Assembly: GCA_023410875.1 (NCBI GenBank)
Contig: JAEYPH010000062.1
Location: forward strand, 14,184-78,183
DNA from: Bacillota bacterium
GTDB taxonomy: Bacteria; Bacillota; Clostridia; Christensenellales; UMGS416
Direction of reading: 5' to 3'
Length of the DNA stretch: 64,000 nt
The stretch's first letter is position 1, and each line of letters opens with the position of its first letter. The position numbers and the translations under genes are program-made. Under the pieces are notes generated by a model. It had not been told where the DNA came from. It did not search any database and saw only the letters and a list, made by a program, of their open reading frames with translations. Below, piece by piece: positions 45,635 to 55,185 of this stretch.

Positions 45635-46792
45635 ATGTCGGCGTACTTCTTCCTGTTCGCCGCCAGCCTGAGCGCGTACACGAGCTTTGTGAGCCTGTGG
45701 CAGAGCCGGGCCTTGGGCCAGGGGCCCATGCTCATCGGCATATTGAGCGCCAGCAGCGCACTGGCGGCCTTTGTGGCGCAGCCGGCCCTTAGCCTGTTGG
45801 CCGACCGCAGCCGCACCAAAAACACCGTGCTGTGGGCGCTGCTGGCGGCGCAGGCTGCTGCTGCGCTGCTGCACCTGTGGGCGCGCCACTGGGCGGCGGT
45901 GGCGGCGGTCATGGCGGCATATACGGCGGTGCAGGGCGCGGCGCTGGCGCTCTCCAACGCGGTGATACTGGACAACCTGCGCAGGGACGACGCCGTGGAG
46001 CGCTTCGGCGCGGTGCGCCTGAGCTATTCCTGGGGCTTCGCGCTGTCGGCGGCGCTGGCGGGCGTGCTGGCGGGCCGCAGCATGAATCTTGTGTTTGTGC
46101 TGTGTGCGGCGGTCAGCCTGGCTGCGCTGCCCGCAAGCCGGCTCATGGGCCGGGTGCCCGGCGCGCAGAGGGCCAAGGGCCGCCGCATGGGCCTGCGTGC
46201 GCTGCTGCGCTACCGCCAGTTCTGGTTTTTTGTAACTTTCAGCCTGTGTCTGCACATCACCCACAGCCTGTCCATCTGCTTTCTGCCGCTCTACTTCGCC
46301 GACCTGAACGCCCCCAGCTGGGTGTACGGCTTGGGCATCTTTGCCATGGCCGCGGCAGAGACGCCCTTTCTGCTGGGCAGCGGAAAGATCATGAAACGCC
46401 TGAGCGTGCGCAAGGTGCTGCTGCTGCCGGGCTTGGCGTTCGTGCTGCGCTGGGCACTCACGGCGCTGTGCAACACGTGGGTTCAGCTGCTGCCGCTGTA
46501 TGTGCTGCATGGCGGCGGCATCATCGTCGTGTACTTTGCATTGTCCCGCTATGTCAGCGACGAGCTGCCCGAGGAGCTCTCGGCCACGGGCCAGGCCGTC
46601 GTGAATTCCGCGGTGGTCAGCCTCTCCAGGGTTGTGGGCGCGCTGCTGGGCGGCGCGCTCTCCGGCTCCATCGGCATGCGCAACACGTTCTGGTGCATGG
46701 CGGGCCTAAGCGCCGTGGCCACGGCGGCGCTGCTGGTCAGCGTATTCAGAAATAAAGAGCGGGAAACAGAGCCAAGGAACAATATGCTTTGA
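45635..46792 (+). CDS. MFS transporter
   Basis: About 385 aa with 12 hydrophobic segments. Loop motif LLADRSRTKN. Start set at MSAYFF (uncertain; the ORF is open from 45578). Confidence 0.75.
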   Translation: MSAYFFLFAASLSAYTSFVSLWQSRALGQGPMLIGILSASSALAAFVAQPALSLLADRSRTKNTVLWALLAAQAAAALLHLWARHWAAVAAVMAAYTAVQGAALALSNAVILDNLRRDDAVERFGAVRLSYSWGFALSAALAGVLAGRSMNLVFVLCAAVSLAALPASRLMGRVPGAQRAKGRRMGLRALLRYRQFWFFVTFSLCLHITHSLSICFLPLYFADLNAPSWVYGLGIFAMAAAETPFLLGSGKIMKRLSVRKVLLLPGLAFVLRWALTALCNTWVQLLPLYVLHGGGIIVVYFALSRYVSDELPEELSATGQAVVNSAVVSLSRVVGALLGGALSGSIGMRNTFWCMAGLSAVATAALLVSVFRNKERETEPRNNML

Positions 46793-46886
46793 TAACAATT
46801 CGCTTACATCCCGATGATCTTTTCATGAAACGGCCAGTATACAATAAATCTATTTGTTACTATTACAAATGATATCGGGAGGGGCC

Positions 46887-47549
46887 ATGGCGAACAGGAT
46901 TCTCATCGTCGAAGACGACCGGGCAATATCGGACTTCATCGCCAGCAACCTGCAATACACAGGATATGAATACGCCGTGTTTGCCGACGGGCTGGAGGTG
47001 GCTCAGTCCTTGCAACGGGACCATGGCTTTGATTTGGCGCTGCTGGACGTGATGCTGCCGGGCATGGATGGCTTTGAGCTCATGGAGTTGGTTGGGAAAT
47101 ATAACATACCGGTGATCTTCGTGACGGCCAGGGCCGACATCTCCTCCAAGATCAAGGGTCTGCGGGATGGCGCCGAGGACTACATCGTGAAGCCCTTCGA
47201 AGTGCTGGAGCTGCTGGTGCGCATCGAGAAAATACTGGACCGCCTGGGCAAACGCAACAGCATGCTGCATTTTCGGGACATCACCGTGAACCTGGAGGAT
47301 CGCGCGGTGTCGCTGGCCGGCGAGGCGGTGGCGCTCAAGCCGCTGGAATTCGATCTGCTGGTCATGCTCGTCAAATACAAGAACCGTACCATTCCCCGGG
47401 ACCGCCTGCTCAACGAGATATGGGGCGTGGATTTTGTCGGCGGCACCCGAACGGTGGACGTACACGTGGCCAACCTGCGCAGGAAGCTCAACCTGCACGA
47501 GGAACTCAAAGGCATATCCAAGATCGGCTACCGTCTGGAGGGGCAATGA
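46887..47549 (+). CDS. OmpR-family response regulator
   Basis: Receiver ILIVEDD...LALLDVMLPGMDG...KPF plus a winged-helix C-terminus ..RTVDVHVANLRRKL..IGYRL. Confidence 0.9.
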   Translation: MANRILIVEDDRAISDFIASNLQYTGYEYAVFADGLEVAQSLQRDHGFDLALLDVMLPGMDGFELMELVGKYNIPVIFVTARADISSKIKGLRDGAEDYIVKPFEVLELLVRIEKILDRLGKRNSMLHFRDITVNLEDRAVSLAGEAVALKPLEFDLLVMLVKYKNRTIPRDRLLNEIWGVDFVGGTRTVDVHVANLRRKLNLHEELKGISKIGYRLEGQ

Positions 47550-48928
47550 AGCTGTGGCTCAAGCTGTCGCTGATCTGCACCGTGCTGTTGTTCTTGATCG
47601 TAGGCATAAGCACTGCGCTGCTGTTGGCGGATTCCCGCGAACAGATCCTGCGCCTCACTGTCGAGAGCTCCATGAAGGAACTGGACAACCTGAACATATC
47701 GTTGTCCAATATGGTCGGCTATTATGGCAAGGAGAATACGCAGTCCATCGTGCAAAGCTCGCTGGTTCGATACTGTTTCTCCCGCCTGGCCGGCAAAACT
47801 GCGGCCCTGTATCAGGGGAAGGAGCCATTGCAATCCAATCTGGTATTCGAACCCGGCGAGCTGCTGTCGCTGGATTCTCTGCGGGCAGGGGAATCCACCC
47901 ATAAGCTCAGCACCGTCGCCGGCACAAGAATTCTGCTGACCGGCTGCAAAACCAAGCTGCTTTCACAGGAATATCGTATCTATCTGGTGAGTGACATTAC
48001 CGATGTGTACTACGGCATTTCTAAAATGGTCATAGAGTTCATCACCATCGCAACTGCCGTAATTCTGGCAGGGTCTGCGCTGATCGTGCTGCTTGTCCGC
48101 CTGGCTACCCGGCCGCTTAAGGACTTGAGCCAATCGGCCAGAAGGATTGCCCAGGGTGAATATGATCAGAGGGCAGACGTACACACGCGGGACGAGGTGG
48201 GGGAGCTGGCGCAGGATTTCAACGCCATGGCCGAAGCGGTGCAGACCCACTTCCAACGGCAGAAGGAGCTCATGCAGCGCCAGCAGCTTTTCATCAGCGG
48301 CCTCACCCACGAGTTCAAAACACCGCTGACGTCGGTGATCGGCCACTCCGAAACCCTGCTCTACACCAAAATGCCCGAGGATGTCGCCGCCAACTCCCTG
48401 GTGCACATCCATGAGCAATGCCGCTGGCTGGAACGGCTGACGCAAAAGCTGCTCCGGCTGGTTGCTCTGCAGGATGAGATCGAGCTCAAGGATGAATCGG
48501 TGGAGGCCCTGCTGGAGGCGGCCAGGGACAGTGTGGCGGAGACGCTGGATCAGCGGGGCGTCGCACTGAGCGTCTCCTGCGGCGTCGATACGCTGCCGAT
48601 GGATTATGACTTGATGATGAGTCTGGTAATTAATCTGGTGGATAACGCATCCAAGGCTTCCGCCCGTGGGCAAACCGTCGATGTGCTGGCCTATGACGGG
48701 ACTATCGAGGTGCGCGACCGCGGCATCGGCATCGCCGCAGAAGAACTGGATAAAATCACCGAACCCTTCTATATGGTTGACCGCTCCCGCAGCAAGCGCC
48801 TGGGCGGCTCCGGGCTGGGTCTGGCGCTGGTACGGGCCATTGCCGATGCCCACGGCGCCCGCCTGCACATCCAAAGCACGCCCGGACAGGGCACGTCGGT
48901 CATGGTCATATTCTCCGATAACAATTGA
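47546..48928 (+). CDS. sensor histidine kinase
   Basis: Two TM segments flank a sensor loop of about 150 aa. HAMP, H-box FISGLTHEFKTPLTS, and HATPase N/G boxes (NLVDNASKA, DRGIGI, GGSGLGLALV). ATGA-coupled to the response regulator. Confidence 0.9.
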   Translation: MKLWLKLSLICTVLLFLIVGISTALLLADSREQILRLTVESSMKELDNLNISLSNMVGYYGKENTQSIVQSSLVRYCFSRLAGKTAALYQGKEPLQSNLVFEPGELLSLDSLRAGESTHKLSTVAGTRILLTGCKTKLLSQEYRIYLVSDITDVYYGISKMVIEFITIATAVILAGSALIVLLVRLATRPLKDLSQSARRIAQGEYDQRADVHTRDEVGELAQDFNAMAEAVQTHFQRQKELMQRQQLFISGLTHEFKTPLTSVIGHSETLLYTKMPEDVAANSLVHIHEQCRWLERLTQKLLRLVALQDEIELKDESVEALLEAARDSVAETLDQRGVALSVSCGVDTLPMDYDLMMSLVINLVDNASKASARGQTVDVLAYDGTIEVRDRGIGIAAEELDKITEPFYMVDRSRSKRLGGSGLGLALVRAIADAHGARLHIQSTPGQGTSVMVIFSDNN

Positions 48929-49005
48929 TTTACATTTTCGTGACCTTTTTTCCGCCGGTTTGTAGGAAGATGGGAAGCACAAAGACGAATGAGGAAGGAG
49001 CACCC

Positions 49006-50577
49006 ATGAAGAAAGTCTTTTTGCTTGCCGCCTCGGCCCTGCTGGTGCTTAGCCTGTCAGCCTGCCAGCCGACGCCCAGCGAGAGCATCGTGAAGGGCAA
49101 AGACCTCGACAAGATGATTGAAAGCGCAACCAAGACCAAGCCCCCGACAGGAGCAACCGGCACGGCTGGTGAAACCGCCGCTCCTGCCGGCTCGATGATC
49201 GCCCAGCAGATGGGGGTGCAGCCCAAATACGTCAAGGAGCTCTCGGACGCCGCAGGCAAGGTGAAGATCCATGTAAACGCCGATGTCGTGGTGCCCGACG
49301 CCAAGGGCGTCACCGTGCAGCGGGTGCTGCCCCAGCCACTTACCCAGGCTACCGTGGATACGCTGATCGCCGGTCTGGTCAAGGGAAGGGCGCAGATGTT
49401 TGATGGGGATAGCTATAAACTATCCAAGAGCGAACTTCAGGAGCAGATTTTCAACTTCGAAGCGGCCATGACACAACTGAGCACCCAGGACGACGAGAAG
49501 GTGAATCCGAAATTAAGGGGGGAGGCGGGAAAGGCAGCCTTACAGAGCCAGCTGGATGACTTGAAGAAGCAGCTGGAAACCGCCCCGGATACGGCCACCA
49601 AAACGCCCAGTGAAGGCAAACTGCATGCGGATACCGATGGAGGCGCAGGCGAATCGCTGTATGCACTGGCCCAGAGCGAGCAAGGTGGATATGAGAGCTT
49701 CTGGACGATCAATGATCCATCGAGTAACGTCGCCTTTGTCCGCTATACATCCGAAAAGAATTCCTATTCCAAAAACATGGGCTACTTCTATTCCAAGACC
49801 GCGCTAGAGCAGGCTGAGGCCAGCGGCTATCGCATGGATGTCAGTTTGGCGGAGGTCGCACAGATTCCGGATGTTACGTTGACCGAGGAGGAGGCCAGGG
49901 ACAAAGCACAGCAGCTGCTTCAGGCGCTGGGTATCAATAACATGGTGTGCTATTCCGCCGAGAAGCAATACGGTGGCAGCAGTGAAACCACGATGGGAGG
50001 GACATTTGGAAGACTCTATGGCGATACTCCTTTCGTCAACCCGCGCAAAGCTGTCTGGTACTTGCGCTATGTTCGTGGCGTCAATGGTATCCCCACCACC
50101 TACACGGTGTGGGATTGCATGAAGACAGAGGAAGATTCCCCGGCTGCGCCGTGGTCCTATGAGGATATGACCTTTGCCATAGACGACAGCGGCATCGTAG
50201 GCTTCGAGTGGCGCTCGCCCTATCAGGTGACCGATACGGTCACGGAGAACTCCAATGTGATGTCCTTTGCCGAAGCGATGAACGTTTTTGACACGATGTC
50301 GCTGGCTGTGAACGCGTGGGACGGATATGCCGATGGCAGCCCCAACCTGAAGGGTATCGAGATCGACGTCACCGAGATCCGTTTTGGGCTGACGCGAATC
50401 ACCGAGCAGGACAAGCGCAACTCCGGACTGCTGGTGCCGGCGTGGGACTTCTTAGCGAACGTGACTTACATCATGGAGACCGATGGCAAGACCAAAAGGA
50501 TGACGGACGGTCCCGTGCCCATCCTGACGGTCAACGCCATCGACGGCAGCATCATCAACCGCAGTCTGGGCTATTGA
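49006..50577 (+). CDS. large lipoprotein, hypothetical
   Basis: 523 aa. Signal peptide with lipobox LVLSLSAC. AGGAAGGAG RBS. No catalytic motif recognised. Confidence 0.6.
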   Translation: MKKVFLLAASALLVLSLSACQPTPSESIVKGKDLDKMIESATKTKPPTGATGTAGETAAPAGSMIAQQMGVQPKYVKELSDAAGKVKIHVNADVVVPDAKGVTVQRVLPQPLTQATVDTLIAGLVKGRAQMFDGDSYKLSKSELQEQIFNFEAAMTQLSTQDDEKVNPKLRGEAGKAALQSQLDDLKKQLETAPDTATKTPSEGKLHADTDGGAGESLYALAQSEQGGYESFWTINDPSSNVAFVRYTSEKNSYSKNMGYFYSKTALEQAEASGYRMDVSLAEVAQIPDVTLTEEEARDKAQQLLQALGINNMVCYSAEKQYGGSSETTMGGTFGRLYGDTPFVNPRKAVWYLRYVRGVNGIPTTYTVWDCMKTEEDSPAAPWSYEDMTFAIDDSGIVGFEWRSPYQVTDTVTENSNVMSFAEAMNVFDTMSLAVNAWDGYADGSPNLKGIEIDVTEIRFGLTRITEQDKRNSGLLVPAWDFLANVTYIMETDGKTKRMTDGPVPILTVNAIDGSIINRSLGY

Positions 50578-50612
50578 TCCAACAGAATATGCACCAAATA
50601 TAACACAAACGA

Positions 50613-50655
50613 CCGAGGACAGGCTGTGAGGCGCAGCCCCGCAGCCTGTCCTCGG
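50613..50655 (+). terminator. strong hairpin / probable terminator after the lipoprotein gene
   Basis: CCGAGGACAGGCTG...CAGCCTGTCCTCGG, a perfect 14-bp stem. Only a weak U-tract (ACTTTT) lies 9 nt downstream. Confidence 0.45.
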
Positions 50656-50711
50656 CGTGCCCACTTTTCACACTCCGCACTGGATGTGCGATCAATAGAA
50701 ACGGATCAACG

Positions 50712-51479
50712 ATGAAAACAGACACCATGGCCTCCGACATCCGGCGAGCCCTGGCGGCAAAGGGTTTCGCTTCCGGCGTTGCCGCAATGACGCTTATGTT
50801 GGCTATAGCGTCGATCGAGACTTTGATTTCCGGATTGAGCGCAAAGCAACCCCTGCCCAATGGGTTTCACACGCAGCTGATTCTTTCGGCGCTGGCCAGC
50901 GACGACGTGGCGCTGGCGCTGCCCATTCTGTGCGCGCTGCCCTTCACGACGGCCTTTGTGGACGACATCAAGAGCGGCTACATCCGGCAATACCTGCCCA
51001 GAGCCGGCGTTCGCGGGTACATCCTGGGCAAGCTCATCGCCTGCGGCCTTTCCGGCGGGCTGGTTCTGGTGGCGGGCCTGGCGGCGGCCTACGGCCTGGC
51101 GGCGCTGGGGCTCACGCCCATGGAGCTGGCTCCGCTGCCTGACGCTGTAGTGCAACCCGTCTGGCCGGAGCTGACGCTGAACGCGCTGATCCTCTTTTGT
51201 TCCGGCGCACTGTGGTCGCTGGTGGGTTTTACGCTGGCCTCGCTGACGATGAGCCGCTACATTGCCTACGCGTCGCCGTTCGTCGTCTATTACGTGCTGA
51301 TCATACTGCACGAGCGGTATTTCAAGCAGTTTTTCGTGCTGTACCCCAAGGAGTGGTTGGTCCGCTCCCACGACTGGATGCTGAACGGCTATGGGATACC
51401 GCTGCTGCTGTTGGAGCTGGCGGCCATTATGGGCCTGGCCTGCGCACTGGTTATAAAGAGGAGGCTGGAGCATGTATAG
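50712..51479 (+). CDS. ABC-2-type membrane protein (permease 1)
   Basis: 255 aa with about 6 TM. First gene of a translationally chained set. Confidence 0.6.
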   Translation: MKTDTMASDIRRALAAKGFASGVAAMTLMLAIASIETLISGLSAKQPLPNGFHTQLILSALASDDVALALPILCALPFTTAFVDDIKSGYIRQYLPRAGVRGYILGKLIACGLSGGLVLVAGLAAAYGLAALGLTPMELAPLPDAVVQPVWPELTLNALILFCSGALWSLVGFTLASLTMSRYIAYASPFVVYYVLIILHERYFKQFFVLYPKEWLVRSHDWMLNGYGIPLLLLELAAIMGLACALVIKRRLEHV

Positions 51480-52368
51480 GGTTGCGCAAGCGTTCGCCGT
51501 AGCCAGGTACAACTTCCGGCTGTGGCACAAAAATCCACGGGTGATACTGACCTTCGCGCTGGCTTTCATACTGTGCTTTCTGCTATCAGACAAGGTGGTG
51601 CGGTTCGCGGCGGAATACAAGACCACGATGCAGATCGTGGAGGCCTTCGTGTGGACATTTGGTGACAGCACATCCATCCTGCTGTGCTCGCTGCTGCTGC
51701 TGCTGCTGTTTGCGGACATGCCGTTCATCAGCCCCGGCACGCCGTTCTTCCTGGTGCGCATCGACCGGCGGACGTGGATCGCCGGCCAGGCGCTGTACGT
51801 CGCCATGGCCACCGCGCTGTATATGGCGTTCATACTGGTTTCCACATCCCTGGTGTGCATGAGCAGCTCCTTCACCGGCAACATGTGGAGTGCCACAGCG
51901 GCCATTCTCGGGTATTCCGGCGCAGGCAAGGCTGTTGCGCTGCCGGCCTCGGTCAAGACGCTGGAGATGAGCACACCCTACGCGTGCATGGTCACAATCT
52001 TCCTGCTGATGCTGCTGTACGCGCTGCTGGTCGCCTTCCTGATGCTGTTGTGCAACATGCGGTTCGGGCACAGGGCGGGGGCGGTCAGCGTGTTCGTCTT
52101 CAATCTGTACGGGCTGGTGCTGAATCCGGAGTTCATCCGCACGGTGTTCCATTTGCCGGAGCGCCTGCAGTACAAGGCCAACGTCGCCGCGGGGTGGCTT
52201 TCACCGCTGAACCACGCGACATATTACATGCACAATTTCGGCTATGATCTGCTGCCACGGCTGTGGCAGACGTACGCGATCTTTGGTTTTCTGATCGTCC
52301 TGTGCTTCGTGGCGGCGCTCTGGGTCGCAAGGGGCTACAATTTCCACTTTGCCGGTACTGAACCATGA
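51472..52368 (+). CDS. polytopic membrane protein (permease 2)
   Basis: 298 aa with about 7 TM. Start overlaps the upstream stop by 8 nt. Confidence 0.6.
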   Translation: MYRVAQAFAVARYNFRLWHKNPRVILTFALAFILCFLLSDKVVRFAAEYKTTMQIVEAFVWTFGDSTSILLCSLLLLLLFADMPFISPGTPFFLVRIDRRTWIAGQALYVAMATALYMAFILVSTSLVCMSSSFTGNMWSATAAILGYSGAGKAVALPASVKTLEMSTPYACMVTIFLLMLLYALLVAFLMLLCNMRFGHRAGAVSVFVFNLYGLVLNPEFIRTVFHLPERLQYKANVAAGWLSPLNHATYYMHNFGYDLLPRLWQTYAIFGFLIVLCFVAALWVARGYNFHFAGTEP

Positions 52369-52394
52369 GACCGGAGGGATTGGAGGGAGTCGCG

Positions 52395-53036
52395 ATGGAT
52401 GCGGTGATCCGCGTGGAAGGCCTGAGCAAGAGCTTTGGCGAGGAACCGGTGCTCAAGGAGGTGACCCACGCCTTTGAGCAGGGCAGGATCCATGGAATCG
52501 TGGGCAACAACGGCAGCGGCAAGACCGTGCTGATGAAATGCATCTGTGGCTTTCTGCGGCCTTCCACCGGACGGGTGCTGGTGGGCGGCAGAGAAGTGGG
52601 CCGGGACATGGACTTTCCCGATGACATCGGCATCATCATCGAGACGCCGGGCTTCTTGCCGGGCCTCTCGGCCATGAAGAACCTGTCCATACTGGCCTCC
52701 CTGCGCAAGCGGATCGACGCGCAGACCATCGCCAGCACGATCCGCCTGGTGGGGCTGGACCCAGCCATGCACAAGCCGGTGGGCAAATTTTCTTTGGGCA
52801 TGCGCCAGCGCCTGGGCATCGCCCAGGCCATCATGGAGGACCCGTCGGTCCTCGTGCTGGATGAGCCCTTCAACGGCCTGGACAAGAGCGGCCAGGCCCA
52901 TATCCGCTCGCTCATCAAAAGTCTGCGGGCCGGCGGCAAGACGATATTGTTGGCCAGCCACAACCAGGTGGATATCGACGAGCTGTGCGACACCGTGTGC
53001 GAGATGGACGCCGGCGTGCTGACGGTGGTGCGATGA
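52395..53036 (+). CDS. ABC transporter ATP-binding protein, BcrA/lantibiotic-immunity type
   Basis: GNNGSGKT, FSLGMRQRLGIAQAI, VLVLDEP, LASHN. GGAGGGAG RBS precedes ATG 52395; the alternative start 52365 overlaps the upstream stop. Confidence 0.9.
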   Translation: MDAVIRVEGLSKSFGEEPVLKEVTHAFEQGRIHGIVGNNGSGKTVLMKCICGFLRPSTGRVLVGGREVGRDMDFPDDIGIIIETPGFLPGLSAMKNLSILASLRKRIDAQTIASTIRLVGLDPAMHKPVGKFSLGMRQRLGIAQAIMEDPSVLVLDEPFNGLDKSGQAHIRSLIKSLRAGGKTILLASHNQVDIDELCDTVCEMDAGVLTVVR

Positions 53037-53701
53037 TGGACGATCTGATCTGCCTGCAAGACGTGGACGTGAACCTGCGGGACGGCGCACGGGCGCTGCG
53101 CGGGGTTACGCTGCGCATCCGCTCCGGCGAGACGGCGGCCTTCCTGGGCGGCCCGGCGCAGGCCCGGGAGGCGCTCATGGGCGTGGTCGCCGGCATGGCG
53201 CCGGCCCGCGCCGGCGTCGTCCGCGTGGCAGGATATGAGTTGAGTACACTGAGCCCCGAAGCCGCGGCGGATTTCCGCGCTGCCCACATCGGGTATGTAC
53301 CCGCCGAGCCGTATTTCCTGCAAGGCCTAACGGCGCTGGAAAACGCGGCACTGCCGCTGAGCGTGCGCGGCATTGGGCGAGCCACGCGGGAGAAGGCGGC
53401 GATGGAGCTGCTGGAGAAAACCGGCCTGCGCCCCATGGCGTTTGCCCGTCCGGCCCGGCTCACGCGGCAGGAGCGGCTGCGGCTGGCACTGGCGCGGGCG
53501 CTGGCGGCGCAGCCGGACATCCTGCTGCTGGACGACCTGGCGGCAGGCGCAATGGCGGCGGAGCTTGCCCGCTTGCGCAGCATACTGGAGCAGCATCGGG
53601 TTGGGCGGACCATCCTGCAATTCGCGCAGGACGACGCCGTGCTTGCGCCGGACCGCACATTCCGAATCATTCATGCAGAAATGAGGGAGGATCCACGATG
53701 A
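53033..53701 (+). CDS. ABC nucleotide-binding-domain homolog (MacB/LolD-like fold) with all catalytic motifs degenerate
   Basis: 222 aa and alignable to LolD/MacB NBDs. At the Walker A position it reads GGPAQAREA. At the Q-loop it reads GYVPA. The signature is LTRQERLR, Walker B is ILLLDDL, and the H-loop is FAQD. Confidence 0.7.
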   Translation: MMDDLICLQDVDVNLRDGARALRGVTLRIRSGETAAFLGGPAQAREALMGVVAGMAPARAGVVRVAGYELSTLSPEAAADFRAAHIGYVPAEPYFLQGLTALENAALPLSVRGIGRATREKAAMELLEKTGLRPMAFARPARLTRQERLRLALARALAAQPDILLLDDLAAGAMAAELARLRSILEQHRVGRTILQFAQDDAVLAPDRTFRIIHAEMREDPR

Positions 53702-55185
53702 AAAAGATATGCCTTGCGACGGTGCTGATACTGGGCTTGCTCCTGGCGCCGGCTGTGGCGCTGGCCGCGGGGGCAACGGCCCAAACCACGCCCACACCCA
53801 CACCAACGCCTACATCCACGGTTACGCCCACGCCGACACCTACGCCCATTGCCAGCCAGGCGCCCCAGGAAACGCCGGAGCCGGCGGACGTCGGGTTCAC
53901 CGTGGACAACCAGAATGTCTACGAAGGCATGGACAAGGCCTATCAGCAGGGGTACACGCCCACCGTGCGCAATGGCAAGGCGGTCGTAATACTGCCGCTG
54001 ATCGCCAGCGGCGAGATGCGGGGGAATTCGCTGACGGCGGTCCCCAACCTGGGGGCCACCGGCGGCTCGCCGTTCGCGTTTCGCAACATCCAGGCCACGG
54101 TCAAGAAAAAGGACTGCGCCGTCAATGACGCAAAGAAGGTTGTCTCGGCCTATCTGATCCGCTTTGATCTGCCGCTGGTATCGGGCAGGGTCAACGGCGT
54201 CTATCCGGTGCAGATCGACGTGCAGGCGAAATCCGCCGGCGGCACGGCCATACAGCAGAGCTTTACGACCTATGTCACGATCCGGGATGGCAAAGACCCC
54301 AACAAAGTGGAGGCGCCGCCGAGCACGCCCAAGCCAGACTCGCAGCCCAAGGTGCTCGTCGAGAGCTACAAGGTGCAGCCCACGCCCATTGAGGCCGGCG
54401 CGGAATTCACGGCGACGGTGACGCTGCGGAACACCAACGAGAAGAGAGCCGTGCAGAACATGACCGTCATGGTGTCCGCGGACAGCCCCAACCTCACGCT
54501 GCTCAATGAGAGCAGTTCCTTTTTCATCCAGAAACTGGGCAAGAGCGAAACCGTGGATCTGGAGCTCAAGTTCCGTAGCGACCTGAACACGCCGCCGCAG
54601 CGCTACACGGTCACGCTGAGCATGGATTATGACAACGACGAGGCCGTGGCGCTGGCCAGCGCCGGCGCCTTCCCGGTGGAGATCGGGCAGCCGCTGCGGG
54701 TGGAGATGGCCGCGCCGGAGCTGGTCTCCACGGTGAACGCCGGGGATACCTTCGCGATGGCGCTGCAGGTCATGAACCTGGGCCGCGGCGCGGTTTACAA
54801 TGTGCGCTGCGAGCTGAATGTGCCGGGGCTGGTGCCCAGCGGCGCGGCGTTCATCGGCAACATGGAGGCCGGGTCCGCCGCCTCGCAGAAGATCGACGTA
54901 TTTGTGGGCACCAGGGACATGGGGCCGGACAAGAACGTCGGGAAATATGGGCTGACCCAGGGCGTCGTCAAGCTGCTCTATGAGGATGGTGACGGCAAGG
55001 AGTACGCTCAGGAATTCCCGGTATCCACGACGATCCAGGAACTGGTCATCACCAAGACCGAGGAGCCGGAGGAGGAGAAGCCCAAGCTGACGGGGCAGTG
55101 GTGGATTTCCGCGCTGATCGCCGCGGGCGTCGTCGCGGCGCTGGTCATCGCACTGCTGGCCCGCCGGAGGCGGAGCGCCGCATGA
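53698..55185 (+). CDS. secreted, C-terminally membrane-anchored surface protein with CARDB/COG1361-like beta domains
   Basis: Signal peptide, a Thr-Pro linker (TTPTPTPTPTSTVTPTPTPTP), repeated beta-rich modules, and a C-terminal TM plus basic tail (WWISALIAAGVVAALVIALLARRRRSAA). Confidence 0.65.
   Translation: MKKICLATVLILGLLLAPAVALAAGATAQTTPTPTPTPTSTVTPTPTPTPIASQAPQETPEPADVGFTVDNQNVYEGMDKAYQQGYTPTVRNGKAVVILPLIASGEMRGNSLTAVPNLGATGGSPFAFRNIQATVKKKDCAVNDAKKVVSAYLIRFDLPLVSGRVNGVYPVQIDVQAKSAGGTAIQQSFTTYVTIRDGKDPNKVEAPPSTPKPDSQPKVLVESYKVQPTPIEAGAEFTATVTLRNTNEKRAVQNMTVMVSADSPNLTLLNESSSFFIQKLGKSETVDLELKFRSDLNTPPQRYTVTLSMDYDNDEAVALASAGAFPVEIGQPLRVEMAAPELVSTVNAGDTFAMALQVMNLGRGAVYNVRCELNVPGLVPSGAAFIGNMEAGSAASQKIDVFVGTRDMGPDKNVGKYGLTQGVVKLLYEDGDGKEYAQEFPVSTTIQELVITKTEEPEEEKPKLTGQWWISALIAAGVVAALVIALLARRRRSAA

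Noticed and set aside
53783-53847. Short-period ACG-CCC/ACA-CCN repeat, considered as a tandem repeat or CRISPR-like array
   Set aside because: It is in frame within the surface-protein gene and encodes a Thr-Pro linker (TTPTPTPTPTSTVTPTPTPTP). It has no spacer/repeat organisation.
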